This document shows positions 14,201 through 27,019 of a stretch of DNA of 64,000 nt, piece by piece. The translations under genes and the position numbers were made by a program. This stretch comes from Squalus acanthias (taxonomy: Eukaryota). How positions within the stretch are numbered: position 1 is the first letter of the stretch; every line of letters begins with the position of its first letter. Location of the stretch: contig CM059432.1 in assembly GCA_030390025.1 (NCBI GenBank), positions 142,912,001 through 142,976,000 on the forward strand. The letters are read 5' to 3'. Under the pieces are notes generated by a model. It searched no databases. It was not told where the DNA came from and was given only the letters and a program-made list of their open reading frames with translations.

Positions 14201-17200
14201 ATGGTCACAGTAAATAATAATTCATATAGGTCTGAGAGCGTTAAAAAAACAAGCCTGAAGGCTTTGGGGTAAAAATTGAGTCGCGCCCCATTTGGGGCGC
14301 TAACCTCGCCGGGGCGCGACTTTTAGCGCCCCGAAAAAATTAGCGGCCCCGCGCCGGAACTTCAGTGGTTGCGCCCCAAGAGGGAAGCGGGGCGCAACTG
14401 GAAGCAGCCCGCATCCCTCTTGGGGCGCTGCGAGTGAATATCCTGGCGCTACGTGCCGCAGCGCCACGCGCTGCGGCACGTCGCGCCGCGGTATTGCAGG
14501 CCTTCCTCCCCTTCTTAAAGGGGAGGGACACTGCGCAGCGCGAACCGGGGCCCAGCTGGGCCCCCAGGGATCGGGAGTGCCGGCAAAAGAGCCCGGCACT
14601 CAAGAGAAGTGCCGGGCTCTTGGAGCGCAGCCGGCACTTCACGGTGGGGGGGCTTCACGGGGGCCGGGGGCAGGTGCTGGCAGGCGGCCAGCAACAAAAA
14701 TGGCCGCCTGCCACCTCTGCTTTAAATATCGCCGCCCCGGCCGCACGTACGCCTCCCTGAACCCGTCGGACATAGCGTCTGGCGGTAAATCAGGGGGCGC
14801 GACTGAAGATCACGGCCGGGGCGCGAGCGGGGTGCTGCGCACGGCGATGACGTCATCGCCGGCGGCGCAGCGCCACAGGGCGCTACCGGCTGCCGCCGCC
14901 GCTAACCTCCCACTAAATTTTTCGGGAGGCGTGGGCGGCGCTGCGCCCGGGCGTTAGCTGCTTTACGCCCCATTAGCGCCCTCTTAAGGCGCTAACGGGA
15001 GGCGCAAGCAGCTGAATTTTTCCCCCTTTGTGTCTTAATGCAAGGAGCATTCGGAACAAGGTGGATGAATTAGCTGCGCAAATAGAGGTAAATGAATACG
15101 ATTTGATTGGGATTACAGAAACATGGCTCCAGGGTGGCCAAGGCTGGGAACTCAACATCCAGGGTTATTCAATATTTAGGAAAGATAGGCAAAAAAGAAA
15201 GGGAGGTGGGGTAGCATTGCTGGTTAAAGAGGGGATTAACACAATTGAAAGGAAGGATATTAGCTCTGATGATGTGGAATCTGTATGGGTAGAACTGAGA
15301 AATAACAAGGGGCAGAAAACGTTAGTGGGAGTGGTATATAGACCTCCAAACAGTAATACGGAGGTTGGGGAAGGCATTAAAAGGGAAATTAGAGAAGCAT
15401 GCAGTAAGGGCACAGCAGTCATCATGGGTGACTTTAATTTACATATAGATTGGGCTAACCAAATTAGTAAAAATACTGTGGAGGAGGAATTCCTAGAATG
15501 TTTACGAGATGGTTTTCTGGAACAATATGTCGAGGAACCAACCAGAGATCAGGCCATCTTAGACTGGGTATTATGTAACGTGAAAGGATTAATTAGCAAT
15601 CTTGTTGTACGAGGCCCTTGGGTCAGAGTGATCATAATATGATAGAATTCTTCATTAGGATGGAGAGTGAAGTTGTTGAATCAGAGACTAGGGTCCTGAA
15701 TTTAAATAAAGGAAACTATGATGGTATGAGGCGCAAATTGGGTAGGATTGATTGGGGAATGTCACTCAAGGGGTTGACGGTGGATAGGCAATGGCAAACA
15801 TTCAAAGACTGCATGGATGAACTACAGAATTTGTTCATCCCAGTGTGGCATAAGAATAAAACAAAAAGGGTGACTCAACCGTGGCTAACAAGGGAAATTA
15901 GGGATAGCATAAGATCCAAGGAGAGGGCATATAAATTGGCCAGAAAAAGCAGTAGCCCTGAGGATTAGGAGCAGTTTAGGATTCAACAAAGGAGGACAAA
16001 GGGATTAATTAAGAAGGGGAAAATAGAATATGAAAGTAAGCTTGCTGGGAACATAAAAACTGACTGTAAGAGCTTTTATAGATATGTGAAGAGAAAAAGA
16101 TTAGTGAAATCAAGTGTAGGTCCCTTGCAGTCAGAAGCGGGGGAAGTTATAATGGGGTACAAAGAAATGGCGGTCCAATTAAATGCATATTTTGGTTCTG
16201 TCTTCACAAAGGAGGACACAAATAACCTCCCAGAGATGTTAGAGAACATGCGGTCTGATGAAAGGGAGGAACTGAAAGAAATCAGTATTTGCAGGGAAAT
16301 GGTGTTAGGGAACTTGACGGGATTGAAGGCCGATAAATCCCCAGGGCCTGATAATCTACATCCTAGGGTACTTAAGGAAGTGGCCCTGGAAATAGTAGAT
16401 GCATTGCTGATCATCTTCCAACATTCGATGGAATCTGGAACTGTACCCATGGATTAAAAAGGGTGGTAGAGAGAAAGCGGGGAATTACATCAGTAATGGG
16501 GAAAATGCTTGAGTCCATTATAAAGGATGTAATAGCTGAGCACTTGAAAAACAGTGACAGGATCGGACAAAGTCAACATGGATTTACAAAAGGTAAATCG
16601 TGCTTGACTAATCTACTGGAATTTTTTGAGGATGTAACTGGGAAAATAGATAAGGGAGAACCAGTAGAAGTGGTGTATTTGGACTTTCAAAAGGCTTTTA
16701 ATAAGGTCCTGCGTAAGAGATTAGCATGTAAAGTTAAGGCACATGGGATTGGGGGCAAGGTATTGACTTGGATAGAGAACTGGTTGGCGGACAGAAAGCA
16801 GAGAGTAGGAATTAATGGGTCTTTTTCCGAGTGGCAAGCAGTGACTAGTGGGGTACCGCAGGGATCGGTCCTTGGACCCCAGCTAGTCACAATATACATT
16901 AATGATCTAGATAAGGGAACTAAATGTAATATCTCCAAGTTTGCAGATGACACAAAGCTGGGTGGGAGTGTGTGCTGCGAGGAGAATACCGAGAAACTCC
17001 AGGATGATTTGGACAGGTTGGGTGAGTGGGCAGAAGCGTGGCAGATGCAATGTAACATGGATAAGTGCGAGGTTATCCACTTTGGTGTCAAAAACAGAAA
17101 GGCAGACTATTATCTGAATGGCAATAGATTGGGAGAAGGGAAAGTGCAACGAGACCTAGGTGTCCTTGTGCACCAGTCGCTGAAAGTAAGCATGCAGGTG

Positions 17201-17779
17201 CAGCAGCCGGTGAAGAAGGCAAATGGTATGTTGGCCTTCATAGCGAAAGGGTTTGAGTATAGGAACAGGGATGTCCTGCTGCAGTTGTACAGGGCCTTGG
17301 TGAGACCACACCTTGAGTACTGTGTGCAGTTTTGGTCGCCTTATCTGAGGAAGGATGTTCTTGCCATGGGAGGAGTTCAGCGAAGATTCACAAGGCTGAT
17401 ACCTGGGATGGCAGGAATGACATATGAGGAGATATTGGGTCGATTGGGCTTATACTCGCTGGAGTATAGAAGAATGAGAGGGGATCTCATCGAAACATAT
17501 AAAATTCTGACAGGTCTGGACAAACTAGATGCAGGAAGAATGTTCCTGATGGTCGGAGAGTCCAGAACCAGGGGTCATAATCTAAGGATAACGGGTAAAC
17601 CATTTAGGACAGAAATGAGGAAGAATTTCTTCACCCAGAGAGTGGTGAACCTGTGGAATTCTCTACCACAGAAGGTAGTTGAGGCCAAGTCATTAAATAT
17701 ATTCAAGAATGAGTTAGATATATTTCTTAAAGCTAAAGGTATCAAGGGATATGGGGAGAAGGCAGGTACAGGGTACTGA
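14201..17779 (+). pseudogene. CR1-A ORF2 (AP endonuclease + reverse transcriptase), disrupted
   Basis: Motifs NARS, ITETWL, GDFN, SDHN, GVPQGSVLGP and FADDTKL. Relative to copy B it has a MITE at 14266-15026, a 1-bp deletion near 15617, TGG>TAG at 15966, and deletions of about 29 bp and 17 bp at 16456-16490. Confidence 0.95.
14266..15026 (-). mobile_element. Non-autonomous PIF/Harbinger element (MITE), 761 bp
   Basis: Ends GGGGTAAAAATT and AATTTTTCCCCC with a 3-bp TSD of TTT (14263-65, 15027-29). The empty site AAGGC-TTT-GTGTC is seen in CR1-B. Both subterminal regions align with the ends of the 48100-52420 element in reverse orientation. Confidence 0.93.
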
Positions 17780-17813
17780 GTTTGGATGATCAGCCATGAT
17801 CTCATCGAATGGC

Positions 17814-17865
17814 GGAGCAGGCTCGAGGGGCCGAATGGCCTACTCCTGCTCCTATCTTCTATGTT
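17814..17865 (+). other. CR1 3'-terminal stem-loop and tail
   Basis: GGAGCAGG (17814-21) pairs with CCTGCTCC (17845-52), enclosing GGCC-GAAT-GGCC. The same module occurs at the 3' ends of copies B and C. Confidence 0.8.
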
Positions 17866-20800
17866 CCATTTTATTCTAGACCTGATCGCCACACACATTT
17901 CTTGATTATTCCAACACTGATTTGTTCACAAAGTTCCAGTTTATTCTATTCCTGATTTGTACACACATTTCCAGATTATTCTTTTCGACATCTGTACATG
18001 CAGTTCCAGATTATTGTAGTCCTGATCTGTACACACAGTCCAAGATTATTATAGTCGTGATCTGAAAAAATTTCTAGATTATTCGTGTCCTGATATGTGC
18101 ACACAGTTCTAGAATATTCTAGTCGAATCTGTACAAAGAGTTCTAGATTATTCTAGTCGTACTCTGTACACACAGTTACAGATTATTATAAAGCTGATCT
18201 GTACACACAGATCCAGATTATTCTAGACTTGATCATACACACAGTTCCAGATTATTCTAGTCCTGATCTGTACATACAGTTCCAGTTTATTCGAGACCTG
18301 ATTTGTAAACACAGTTCCAGATTATTCTAGTCCTGATGTGTACACGCTCTTCCAGATTATTCTAGTCCTGATCTCTACACACATTTCTAGATTATTCTAA
18401 CACTGAATTGTTCACAAAGTTCCAGTTTATTCCAAGCTTGATTTGTACCCACAGATCCTGATTATTCTAGCACTAAACTTTACACACAGTTCCAGATAAT
18501 TCTAGTCCTGATCTGTACAAAGAGTGCCAGATTATTCTAGTACTGATCTATACACACAGTTCCAGATTATTTTATCCTGATCTTTACAAACAGTGCTAGA
18601 GTATTCTAGTCCTGATCTGTACACACATTGCCAGATTATTCTAGTACCGATCTGTGCAAACTGTTCCAGATTATTTTATCCTGATCTGTACACACAGTTC
18701 TAGATTATTCTAACCCAGTTCTGTTCACACAGTTCTAGTACATTCATGTCCTGATCTCTACACACATTTCCAGATTATTGTAACACTGATTTGTTCTCAA
18801 ATTTGCAGTTTATTCTAGTCCTGATTTTTACACACAGTTCTAGATTATTCTAGTCCTGATCTGCATACACAGTGCCAGATCATTCTTCGACTGATGTGTA
18901 CACACAGTTACAGATGATTCTAGTCCTATTCTGTACACACAGTTCCAGATTATTCTAGTCCTGATCTGTACACACAGTTCAAGATTATTCTAGTCCTGAT
19001 CTGTACACACAGTTCCAGATTATTCTAGTCCTGATCTGCATAAACAGTGCCAGATTATTCTAGGACTGATCTGTACACACAGTTCCAGATTATTCTAGCA
19101 CTTACCGTTGCACTCAGTTGCTGATAATTCTAGTCCTGATCTGTACACACAGTTCCAGATTATTCCAATCCTGATCTGTACACACAGTTCTTGATTATTG
19201 TAGTCCTGATCTGTATACCCAGTTCCACATTATTTGAGTCCTGATCTGTACACACAGTTCCAGATTATTCTAGTCATGATCTGTACACACACTTCCAGAT
19301 TATTCCAGTGCTGATCTCTACACACAGTTTCAGATTATTCTAATCCAGATCTGTACAAATAGTTCCAGATCATTCTTGTTTTGATCATTACACACACTTC
19401 TAGATTATTCTAGTCCTGATCTGTACACACATTTCCAGATTATTCTAGTCCTGATTTGTACACACAGTTCCAGATTATTCTAGTCCTGATCTGTACACAC
19501 AGTTCCTGATTATTCTAGTTCTGATCTGTACACGCAGGTCCATATTATTCTGGTGTTGATCTGTACACACAGTTCCAGAATATTCTAGTTCTGATCATTA
19601 CACACAGTTCCAGATTATTCTCATCCTGATCTATACACACAGTTCCAGATTATTCTAGTCCTGATCTGTGCACATTGTACCAAATTATACTAGGACTGAT
19701 CTGTACACACAGTTCTAGATTATTATAGACCTGATCTGCATAACAGTTCAACATTATTCCAGTCCCAATATGGACACACAATTCCAGATTATTCTAGTAA
19801 TGACCTGTACACACAGTTCCAGATTAATCTGGTCCTGATCTGCATAAACAGTGCCAGATTATTCTAGGATTGATCTGTACATACAGTTGCAGGTTATTCT
19901 AGTCCTGACCTGTACAAACTGTTTCAGATGATTCCAGTCTTGATGTGTACATGCAGTTGTAGATGATTCTAGTCCTAATCTGTACACACAGTTCAAGATT
20001 ATTCTAGTCTTGGTCTGTGTAATCTGTTTGAAATTATTCTTGTCCTGATCTCTATATACTCTTCTAGATTATTCTAACCCTGATCTGCTCACGCGGTTCC
20101 AGTTTAGTCTGGTGCTGATCTGTACACACAGTTACAGATTATTCTAGTCCTGATCAGTACACACAGTTCCAGATTATTCTAGTCCTGATCTGTACACACA
20201 GTTGCAGATTATTCTAGTCCTGATCTGTACACAGAGTTCCAGATTATTCTAGTCCTGATCTGTACAGACAATACCAGACTATTCTAGTCCTGATCTGTAC
20301 ACACAGTTCCAGATTATTCTTGTTTTGATCATTACACTCAGTTCCAGAATATTGTAGGCCGGATCTGTACACATAGTTCCAGATTATTGTAGTTCTGATC
20401 TGTACATACACTTCTAGATTATTCTAACGCTGATCGGAACAAACAGTTCCAGTTTATTCTAGTCCTGATCTGTACACGCTGATCCAGATTATTCCAGTCC
20501 AGATCTCTACACACATTTCTAGATTATTCTAACACTGATATGTTCACAAAGTTCAAGATTGTTATAGTCCTGATCTGTACACACAGTTCCAGTTTATTCC
20601 ATTCCTGATCTGTTCACACAGTTCCACATTATTCTAGTCCTGATCTGTACATACAGTTCCAGATTATTCTAGTCCTAATCTGTACAAACAGTTCCAGATT
20701 ATTCTAGTCCTGATCTGTACACACAGTCCCAGATTATTCTAGTCCTAATTTTTACACACAGTTCCAGATTATTCCAGTTATGATCTGTAAACACAGTTAC

Positions 20801-23461
20801 AGATTATTCACATCCTGATCTGAAAATCAGTTTTTATTATTCTAGTCCTCATTTGTACTCACAGTTCCAGATTATTCTATGCCTTTTCTGTGCATACTGT
20901 TCTCGAATATTCAAGTCATATCTGTACAGACAGTTCCAGTTAATTCTAGTCCCACTCTGTACACACAATTCCAGATTATTCCAGTCCTGATCTGTACTCA
21001 CAGTTCCAATTTATTCTAGTCCTGATTTGTACACGCTGATCCAGATTATTCCAGTCCTGATCACTCCACACATCTCTAGATTATTCTAACACTGATATGG
21101 TCACAAAGTTCAAGATTGTTCTAGTTCTGATCTCTACACACAGATCCAGAATATTGTAGTCCTTATCCGCAAACACAGTGCCAGATTATTCTAGGACTGA
21201 TCTGTACATACAGTTCCAGATTATTCTTGTCCTGTTCTGTACACACAGTTCCAGATTATTCTAGCACTGACCTTTGCACACAGTTCCAAATAATTCTTGT
21301 CCTGATCTGTACACACAGTTCCAGATTATTCTAGTTCTGATCTGTACACACAGTTCCAGATTATTCTAGTCCTGAGCTGTACACACAGTTCCAGATTATT
21401 CTAGTCCTGATCTGTACATACAGTTCCAGATTATTCTAGTCCTAATCTGTACAAACAGTTCCAGATTATTCTAGTCCTGATCTGTACACACAGTCCCAGA
21501 TTATTCTAGTCCTAATTTTTACACACAGTTCCAGATTATTCCAGTTATGATCTGTAAACACAGTTACAGATTATTCACATCCTGATCTGAAAATCAGTTT
21601 TTATTATTCTAGTCCTCATTTGTACTCACAGTTCCAGATTATTCTATGCCTTTTCAGTACATACTGTTCTCGAATATTCTAGTCATATCTGTACAGACAG
21701 TTCCAGTTAATTCTAGTCCCACTCTGTACACACAATTCCAGATTATTCCAGTCCTGATCTGTACACACAGTTCCAATTTATTCTAGTCCTGATTTGTACA
21801 CGCTGATCCAGATTATTCCAGTCCTGATCACTACACACATCTCTAGATTATTCTAACACTGATATGTTCACAAAGTTCAAGATTGTTCTAGTTCTGATCT
21901 CTACACACAGATCCAGAATATTGTAGTCCTTATCCGCAAACACAGTGCCAGATTATTCTAGGACTGATCTGTACATACAGTTCCAGATTATTTTTGTCCT
22001 GTTCTGTACACACAGTTCCAGATTATTCTAGCACTGACCTTTGCACACAGTTCCAAATAATTCTTGTCCTGATCTGTACACACAGTTCCAGATTATTCTA
22101 GTTCTGATCTGTACACACAGTTCCAGATTATTCTAGTCCTGAGCTGTACACACAGTTCCAGATTATGCTAGTCCTAATCTGTACACACACATTTGCAGAT
22201 AGATCTAGTCCTGATCTGTACACACAGTTCCAGATTATTCTTGTTATGATCAGTACACACAGTTCCAGATTTTTCTACTCCAGATTTGTGCACACAGTTC
22301 CAGATTATTCTAGTCCTGACCTGTAAACACAGTTCCAGATTATTCTAGTACTGATCTGTACACACAGTTCCAGATTATTCTAGTACTAATCTGTACAATC
22401 ACTTCTCGATTATTCTAACCATTATCTGTTCACATTGTTCCAGTTTATTTAGGTCCTGATTTGTACACATAGTTCCAGATTATTCCATTCCTGATCTCTA
22501 CACACATTTTGAGTTTATTCTAACACTGATTTGTTCACACATTTCCAGTTTATTCTAGTCCTGATTTTTACACACAGTTCCAAATTATTCAATTGCTGAT
22601 CTGTAAATCAGTTCTATGTTATTCTAGTCCTCATTTGTACTCACAGTTCCAGATTATTCTCGTCCTGTTCTGTACATACTGTTCTAGAATATTCTAGTCA
22701 TATATGTACAGACAGTTCCAGATAATTCTAGTCCCATTCTGTACACACAGTTCCAGAATCTTCTAGTCCTGTTCTGAAAACACCATTCCAGATTAATCTT
22801 GTTTTGATCTTTACACACAGTTACAGATTATTCTAGTCCTAATCTGTACACACATTTTCAGATAGATCTAGTCCAGATCTGTACACACAGTTCCAGATTA
22901 TTCTTGTTATGATCATTACACACAGTTCCAGATTATTCTACTCCAGATTTGTGCACACAGTTCCAGATTATTCTACTCCAGATTTGTGCACACAGTTCCA
23001 GATTATTCTAGTCCTGACCTGTAAACACAGTTCCAGATTATTCCAGTACTGATCTGTACACACAGTTCCAGATTATTCTAGTCCTGATCTGTACACACTG
23101 TTCCAGATTATTCTATCCTGATGTGTAAACACAGTTCCAGATTATTCCAGTACTGATCTGTACACACAGTTCCAGATTATTCCAGTACTGATCTGTACAC
23201 ACAGTTCCAGATTATTCTAGTCCTGATCTGTACACACAGTTCCAGATTATTCTAGTCCTGATCTGTACACACAGTTCCAGAATATTCTAGTCCTGATCTG
23301 TACACATAGTTCCAGATAATTCTTGTTTTGATCATTACACACAGTTCTAGATTATTCTAATCCTTAGCTGTACACACAGTTCCAGATTATTCTGGTCCTG
23401 ATCTGCATACACAGTTCCAGATAATTCTAGTCCTGATCTGTACATACATTTCCAGAATATT
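17866..23461 (+). repeat. 35-bp satellite array, block 2, including a 767-bp (22-mer) tandem duplication near 20620-22160
   Basis: Same monomer and orientation. The marker TGAAAATCAGTTTT occurs at 20821 and 21588. Confidence 0.97.
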
Positions 23462-23544
23462 ATAGAAGATAGGAGCAGGTGTAGGCCATTCGGCCCCTCG
23501 AGCCTGCTCCGCCATTCGATGAGATCATGGCTGATCATCTAAAC

Positions 23545-26406
23545 TCAGTACCCTGTACCTGCCTTCTCCCCATATCCCTTGATACCTTTAGCTTTAAGAA
23601 ATATATCTAACTCATTCTTGAATATATTTAATGACTTGGCCTCAACTACCTTCTGTGGTAGAGAATTCCACAGGTTCAGCACTCTCTGGGTGAAGAAATT
23701 CTTCCTCATTTCTGTCCTAAATGGTTTACCCGTTATCCGTAGATTATGACCCCTGGTTCTGGACTCTCCGACCATCGGGAACATTCTTCCTGCATCTAGT
23801 TTATCCAGACCTGTCAGAATTTTATATGTTTCGATGAGATCCCCTCTCATTCTTCTATACTCCAGTGAGTATAAGCCCAATCGACCCAATATCTCCTCAT
23901 ATGTCATTCCTGCCATCCCAGGTATCAGCCTTGTGAATCTTCGCTGAACTCCTTCCATGGCAAGAACATCCTTCCTCAGATAAGGCGACCAAAACTGCAC
24001 ACAGTACTCAAGGTGTGGTCTCACCAAGGCCCTGTACAACTGCAGCAGGACATCCCTGTTCCTATACTCAAACCCTTTCGCTATGAAGGCCAACATACCA
24101 TTTGCCTTCTTCACCGGCTGCTGCACCTGCATGCTTACTTTCAGCGACTGGTGCACAAGGACACCCAGGTCTCATTGCAATTCCCCTTCTCCCAATCTAT
24201 TGCCATTCAGATAATAGTCTGCCTTTATGTTTTTGACACCAAAGTGGATAACCTCGCACTTATCCACGTTATATTGCATCTGCCACGCTTCTGCCCACTC
24301 ACCCAACCTGTCCAGATCATCCTGGAGTTTCTCGCTATCCTCCTCGCTGCACACACTCCCACCCAGCTTTGTGTCATCTGCAAACTTGGAGATATTACAT
24401 TTAATTCCCTTATCTAGATCATTAATGTATATTGAGAATAGCTGGGGCCCAAGGACCGATCCCTGCGGTACCCCACTAGTCACTGCTTGCCACTCGGAAA
24501 AAGACCCATTAATTCCTACTCTCTGCTTTCTGTCCGCCAACCAGTTCTCTATCCAAGTCAATACCTTGCCCCCAATCCCATGTGCCTTAACTTTACCCGC
24601 TAATCTCTTATGCGGGACCTTATCGAAAGCCTTTTGAAAGTCCAAATACACCACATCTACTGGTTCTCCCTTATCTATTTTCCCAGTTACATCCTCAAAA
24701 AATTCCAGTAGATTAGTCAAGCATGATTTACCTTTTGTAAAACCATGTTGACTTTGTCCGATCCTGTCACTGTTTTTCAAATGCTCAGCTATTACATCCT
24801 TTATAATGGACTCTAGCATTTTCCCCACTACCGATGTCAGGCTTACCGGTCTGTAATTCCCCGCTTTCTCTCTACCACCCTTTTTGAATAGTGGGGTAAC
24901 ATTAGCTACCCTCCAATCCATGGGTACGGTTCCAGATTCCATCGAATGTTGGAAGATGATCAGCAATGCATCTACTATTTCTAGGGCCACTTCCTTAAGT
25001 ACCCTAGGATGTAGATTATCAGGCCCTGGGGATTTATCGGCCTTCAATACCGTCAATTTCCCTAACACCATTTCCCTGCAAATACTGATTTCTTTCAGTT
25101 CCTCCCTTTCATCAGACCATATGTTCTCCAACATCTCTGGGAGGTTATTTGTGTCCTCCTTTGTGAAGACAGAACCAAAATATGCATTTAATTGGGCTGC
25201 CATTTCTTTGTTCCCCATTATAACTTCCCCCGCTTCTGACTGCAAGGGACCTACACTTGATTTCACTAATCTTTTTCTCTTCACATATCTATAAAAGCTC
25301 TTACAGTCAGTTTTTATGTTCCCAGCAAGCTTACTTTCATATTCTATTTTCCCCTTCTTAATTAATCCCTTTGTCCTCCTTTGTTGAATCCTAAACTGCT
25401 CCCAATCCTCAGGACTACCGCTTTTTCTGGCCAATTTATATGCCCTCTCCTTGGATCTTATGCTATCCCTAATTTCCCTTGTTAGCCACGGTTGAGTCAC
25501 CCTTTTTGTTTTATTCTTATGCCACACTGGGATGTACAAATTCTGTAGTTCATCCATGCAGTCTTTGAATGTTTGCCATTGCCTATCCACTGTCAACCCC
25601 TTGAGTGACATTCCCCAATCAATCCTACCCAATTCACGCCTCATACCATCGTAGTTTCCTTTATTTAAATTCAGGACCCTAGTCTCTGATTCAACTACTT
25701 CACTCTCCATCCTAATGAAGAATTCTATCATATTATGATCACTCTGACCCAAGGGGCCTCGTACAACAAGATTGCTAATTAATCCTTTCTCGTTGCATAA
25801 TACCCAGTCTAATATGGCTTGATCTCTGGTTGGTTCCTCGACATATTGTTCCAGAAAACCATCTCGTAAACATTCTAGGAATTCCTCCTCCACAGTATTT
25901 TTACTAATTTGGTTAGCCCAATCTATATGTAAATTAAAGTCACCCATGATGACTGCTGTGCCCTTACTGCATGCTTCTCTAATTTCCCTTTTAATGCCGT
26001 TCCCAATCTCCGTATTACTGTTTGGAGGTCTATATACCACTCCCACTAACGTTTTCTGCCCCTTGTTATTTCTCAGTTCTACCCATACAGATTCCGCATC
26101 ATCAGAGCTAATATCCTTCCTTTCAATTGTGTTAATCCCCTCTTTAACCAGCAATGCTACCCCACCTCCCTTTCTTTTTTGCCTATCTTTCCTAAATATT
26201 GAATAACCCTGGATGTTGAGTTCCCAGCCTTGGCCACCCTGGAGCCATGTTTCTGTAATCCCAATCAAATCGTATTCATTTACCTCTATTTGCGCAGCTA
26301 ATTCATCCACCTTGTTCTGAATGCTCCTTGCATTAAGACACAAAGCCTTCAGGCTTGTTTTTTTAACGCTCTCAGACCTATATGAATTATTATTTACTGT
26401 GACCAT
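23545..26406 (-). pseudogene. CR1-B ORF2 (APE + RT), 954 codons with one internal stop
   Basis: The 744-aa and 203-aa ORFs share a frame and are separated by TGA at 24172-24174, where copy A has CGA. Confidence 0.95.
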
Positions 26407-26528
26407 GTTTGATTTAAACCATTGAGTTCTTTGCCTTCTACTTTTGTTTTTCTCCTTCCTGTCTTTAGCTTTTATCCTTATTTCCCTTTCCTCTGTCTCC
26501 CTGCTCAGGTTCCCAACCCCCTGCCACT

Positions 26529-27019
26529 TTAGTTTAAACCCTCCCCAACAGCACTAGCAAACACTCCCCCTAGGACATCGGTCCCGGCCCTGCCCAGGTG
26601 CAGACCATCCCGTTTGTACTGGTCCCACCTCCCCCAGAACCGGTTCCAATGTCCAAGGAATTTGAATCCCTCCCCCTTGCACCATTCCTCTAGCCAGGTA
26701 TTCATTTGAAATATCCTCCTATTTCTACTCTGACTAGCACGTGGCACTGGTAGCAATCCTGAGATTACTACCTTTGAGGTCCTCTTTTTTAATTTACCTC
26801 CTAACTACCTATATTCTGCTTTTAGGACCTCATCCCGTTTTTTACCTATATCGTTGATGCCTATGTGCACCACGACAACTGGCTGTTCGCCCTCCCCCTC
26901 CAAAGTGTTCTGTAGCCGCTCCGAGACATCCTTGACCCTTGCACCAGGGAGGCAACACACCATCCTGGAGTCTCGATTGCGGCCGCAGAAACGCCTATCT
27001 ATTCCCCTTACAATTGAAT
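26529..27019 (-). pseudogene. CR1-B ORF1 C-terminal esterase remnant
   Basis: Encodes ..DGLHLGRAGTDVLGGVFASAVGEGLN* and matches copy A ORF1. Confidence 0.9.

Larger units (their letters stand above)
12853..17865 (+). mobile_element. CR1-clade LINE copy A, apparently full length, decayed, interrupted by a Harbinger MITE
   Basis: 5' UTR, ORF1 with Cys motifs and an SGNH esterase, ORF2 with APE and RT, and a 3' stem-loop ending CTATCTTCTATGTT. The satellite rejoins across it (..CACACTGTT | CCATTTTATTCTAG). Confidence 0.96.
23462..27019 (-). mobile_element. CR1-clade LINE copy B, 5'-truncated within ORF1, same subfamily as copy A
   Basis: Near-identical reverse complement of copy A from the ORF1 GDS motif region to the 3' tail. 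The empty site CCAGAATATT|CTAGTC can be reconstructed from the paralogous 11-mer unit near 27400. Confidence 0.97.

Noticed and set aside
14300..15158. Several overlapping ORFs in the MITE
   Set aside because: GC-rich, stop-poor sequence with no recognisable domain.
17866..23461. Inversion between CR1-A and CR1-B
   Set aside because: The satellite keeps the same orientation, and both empty sites can be reconstructed in register.
16076..26206. Antisense ORFs over CR1 ORF2 copies
   Set aside because: Expected shadow ORFs of RT coding sequence, shared between copies only through recent common ancestry.
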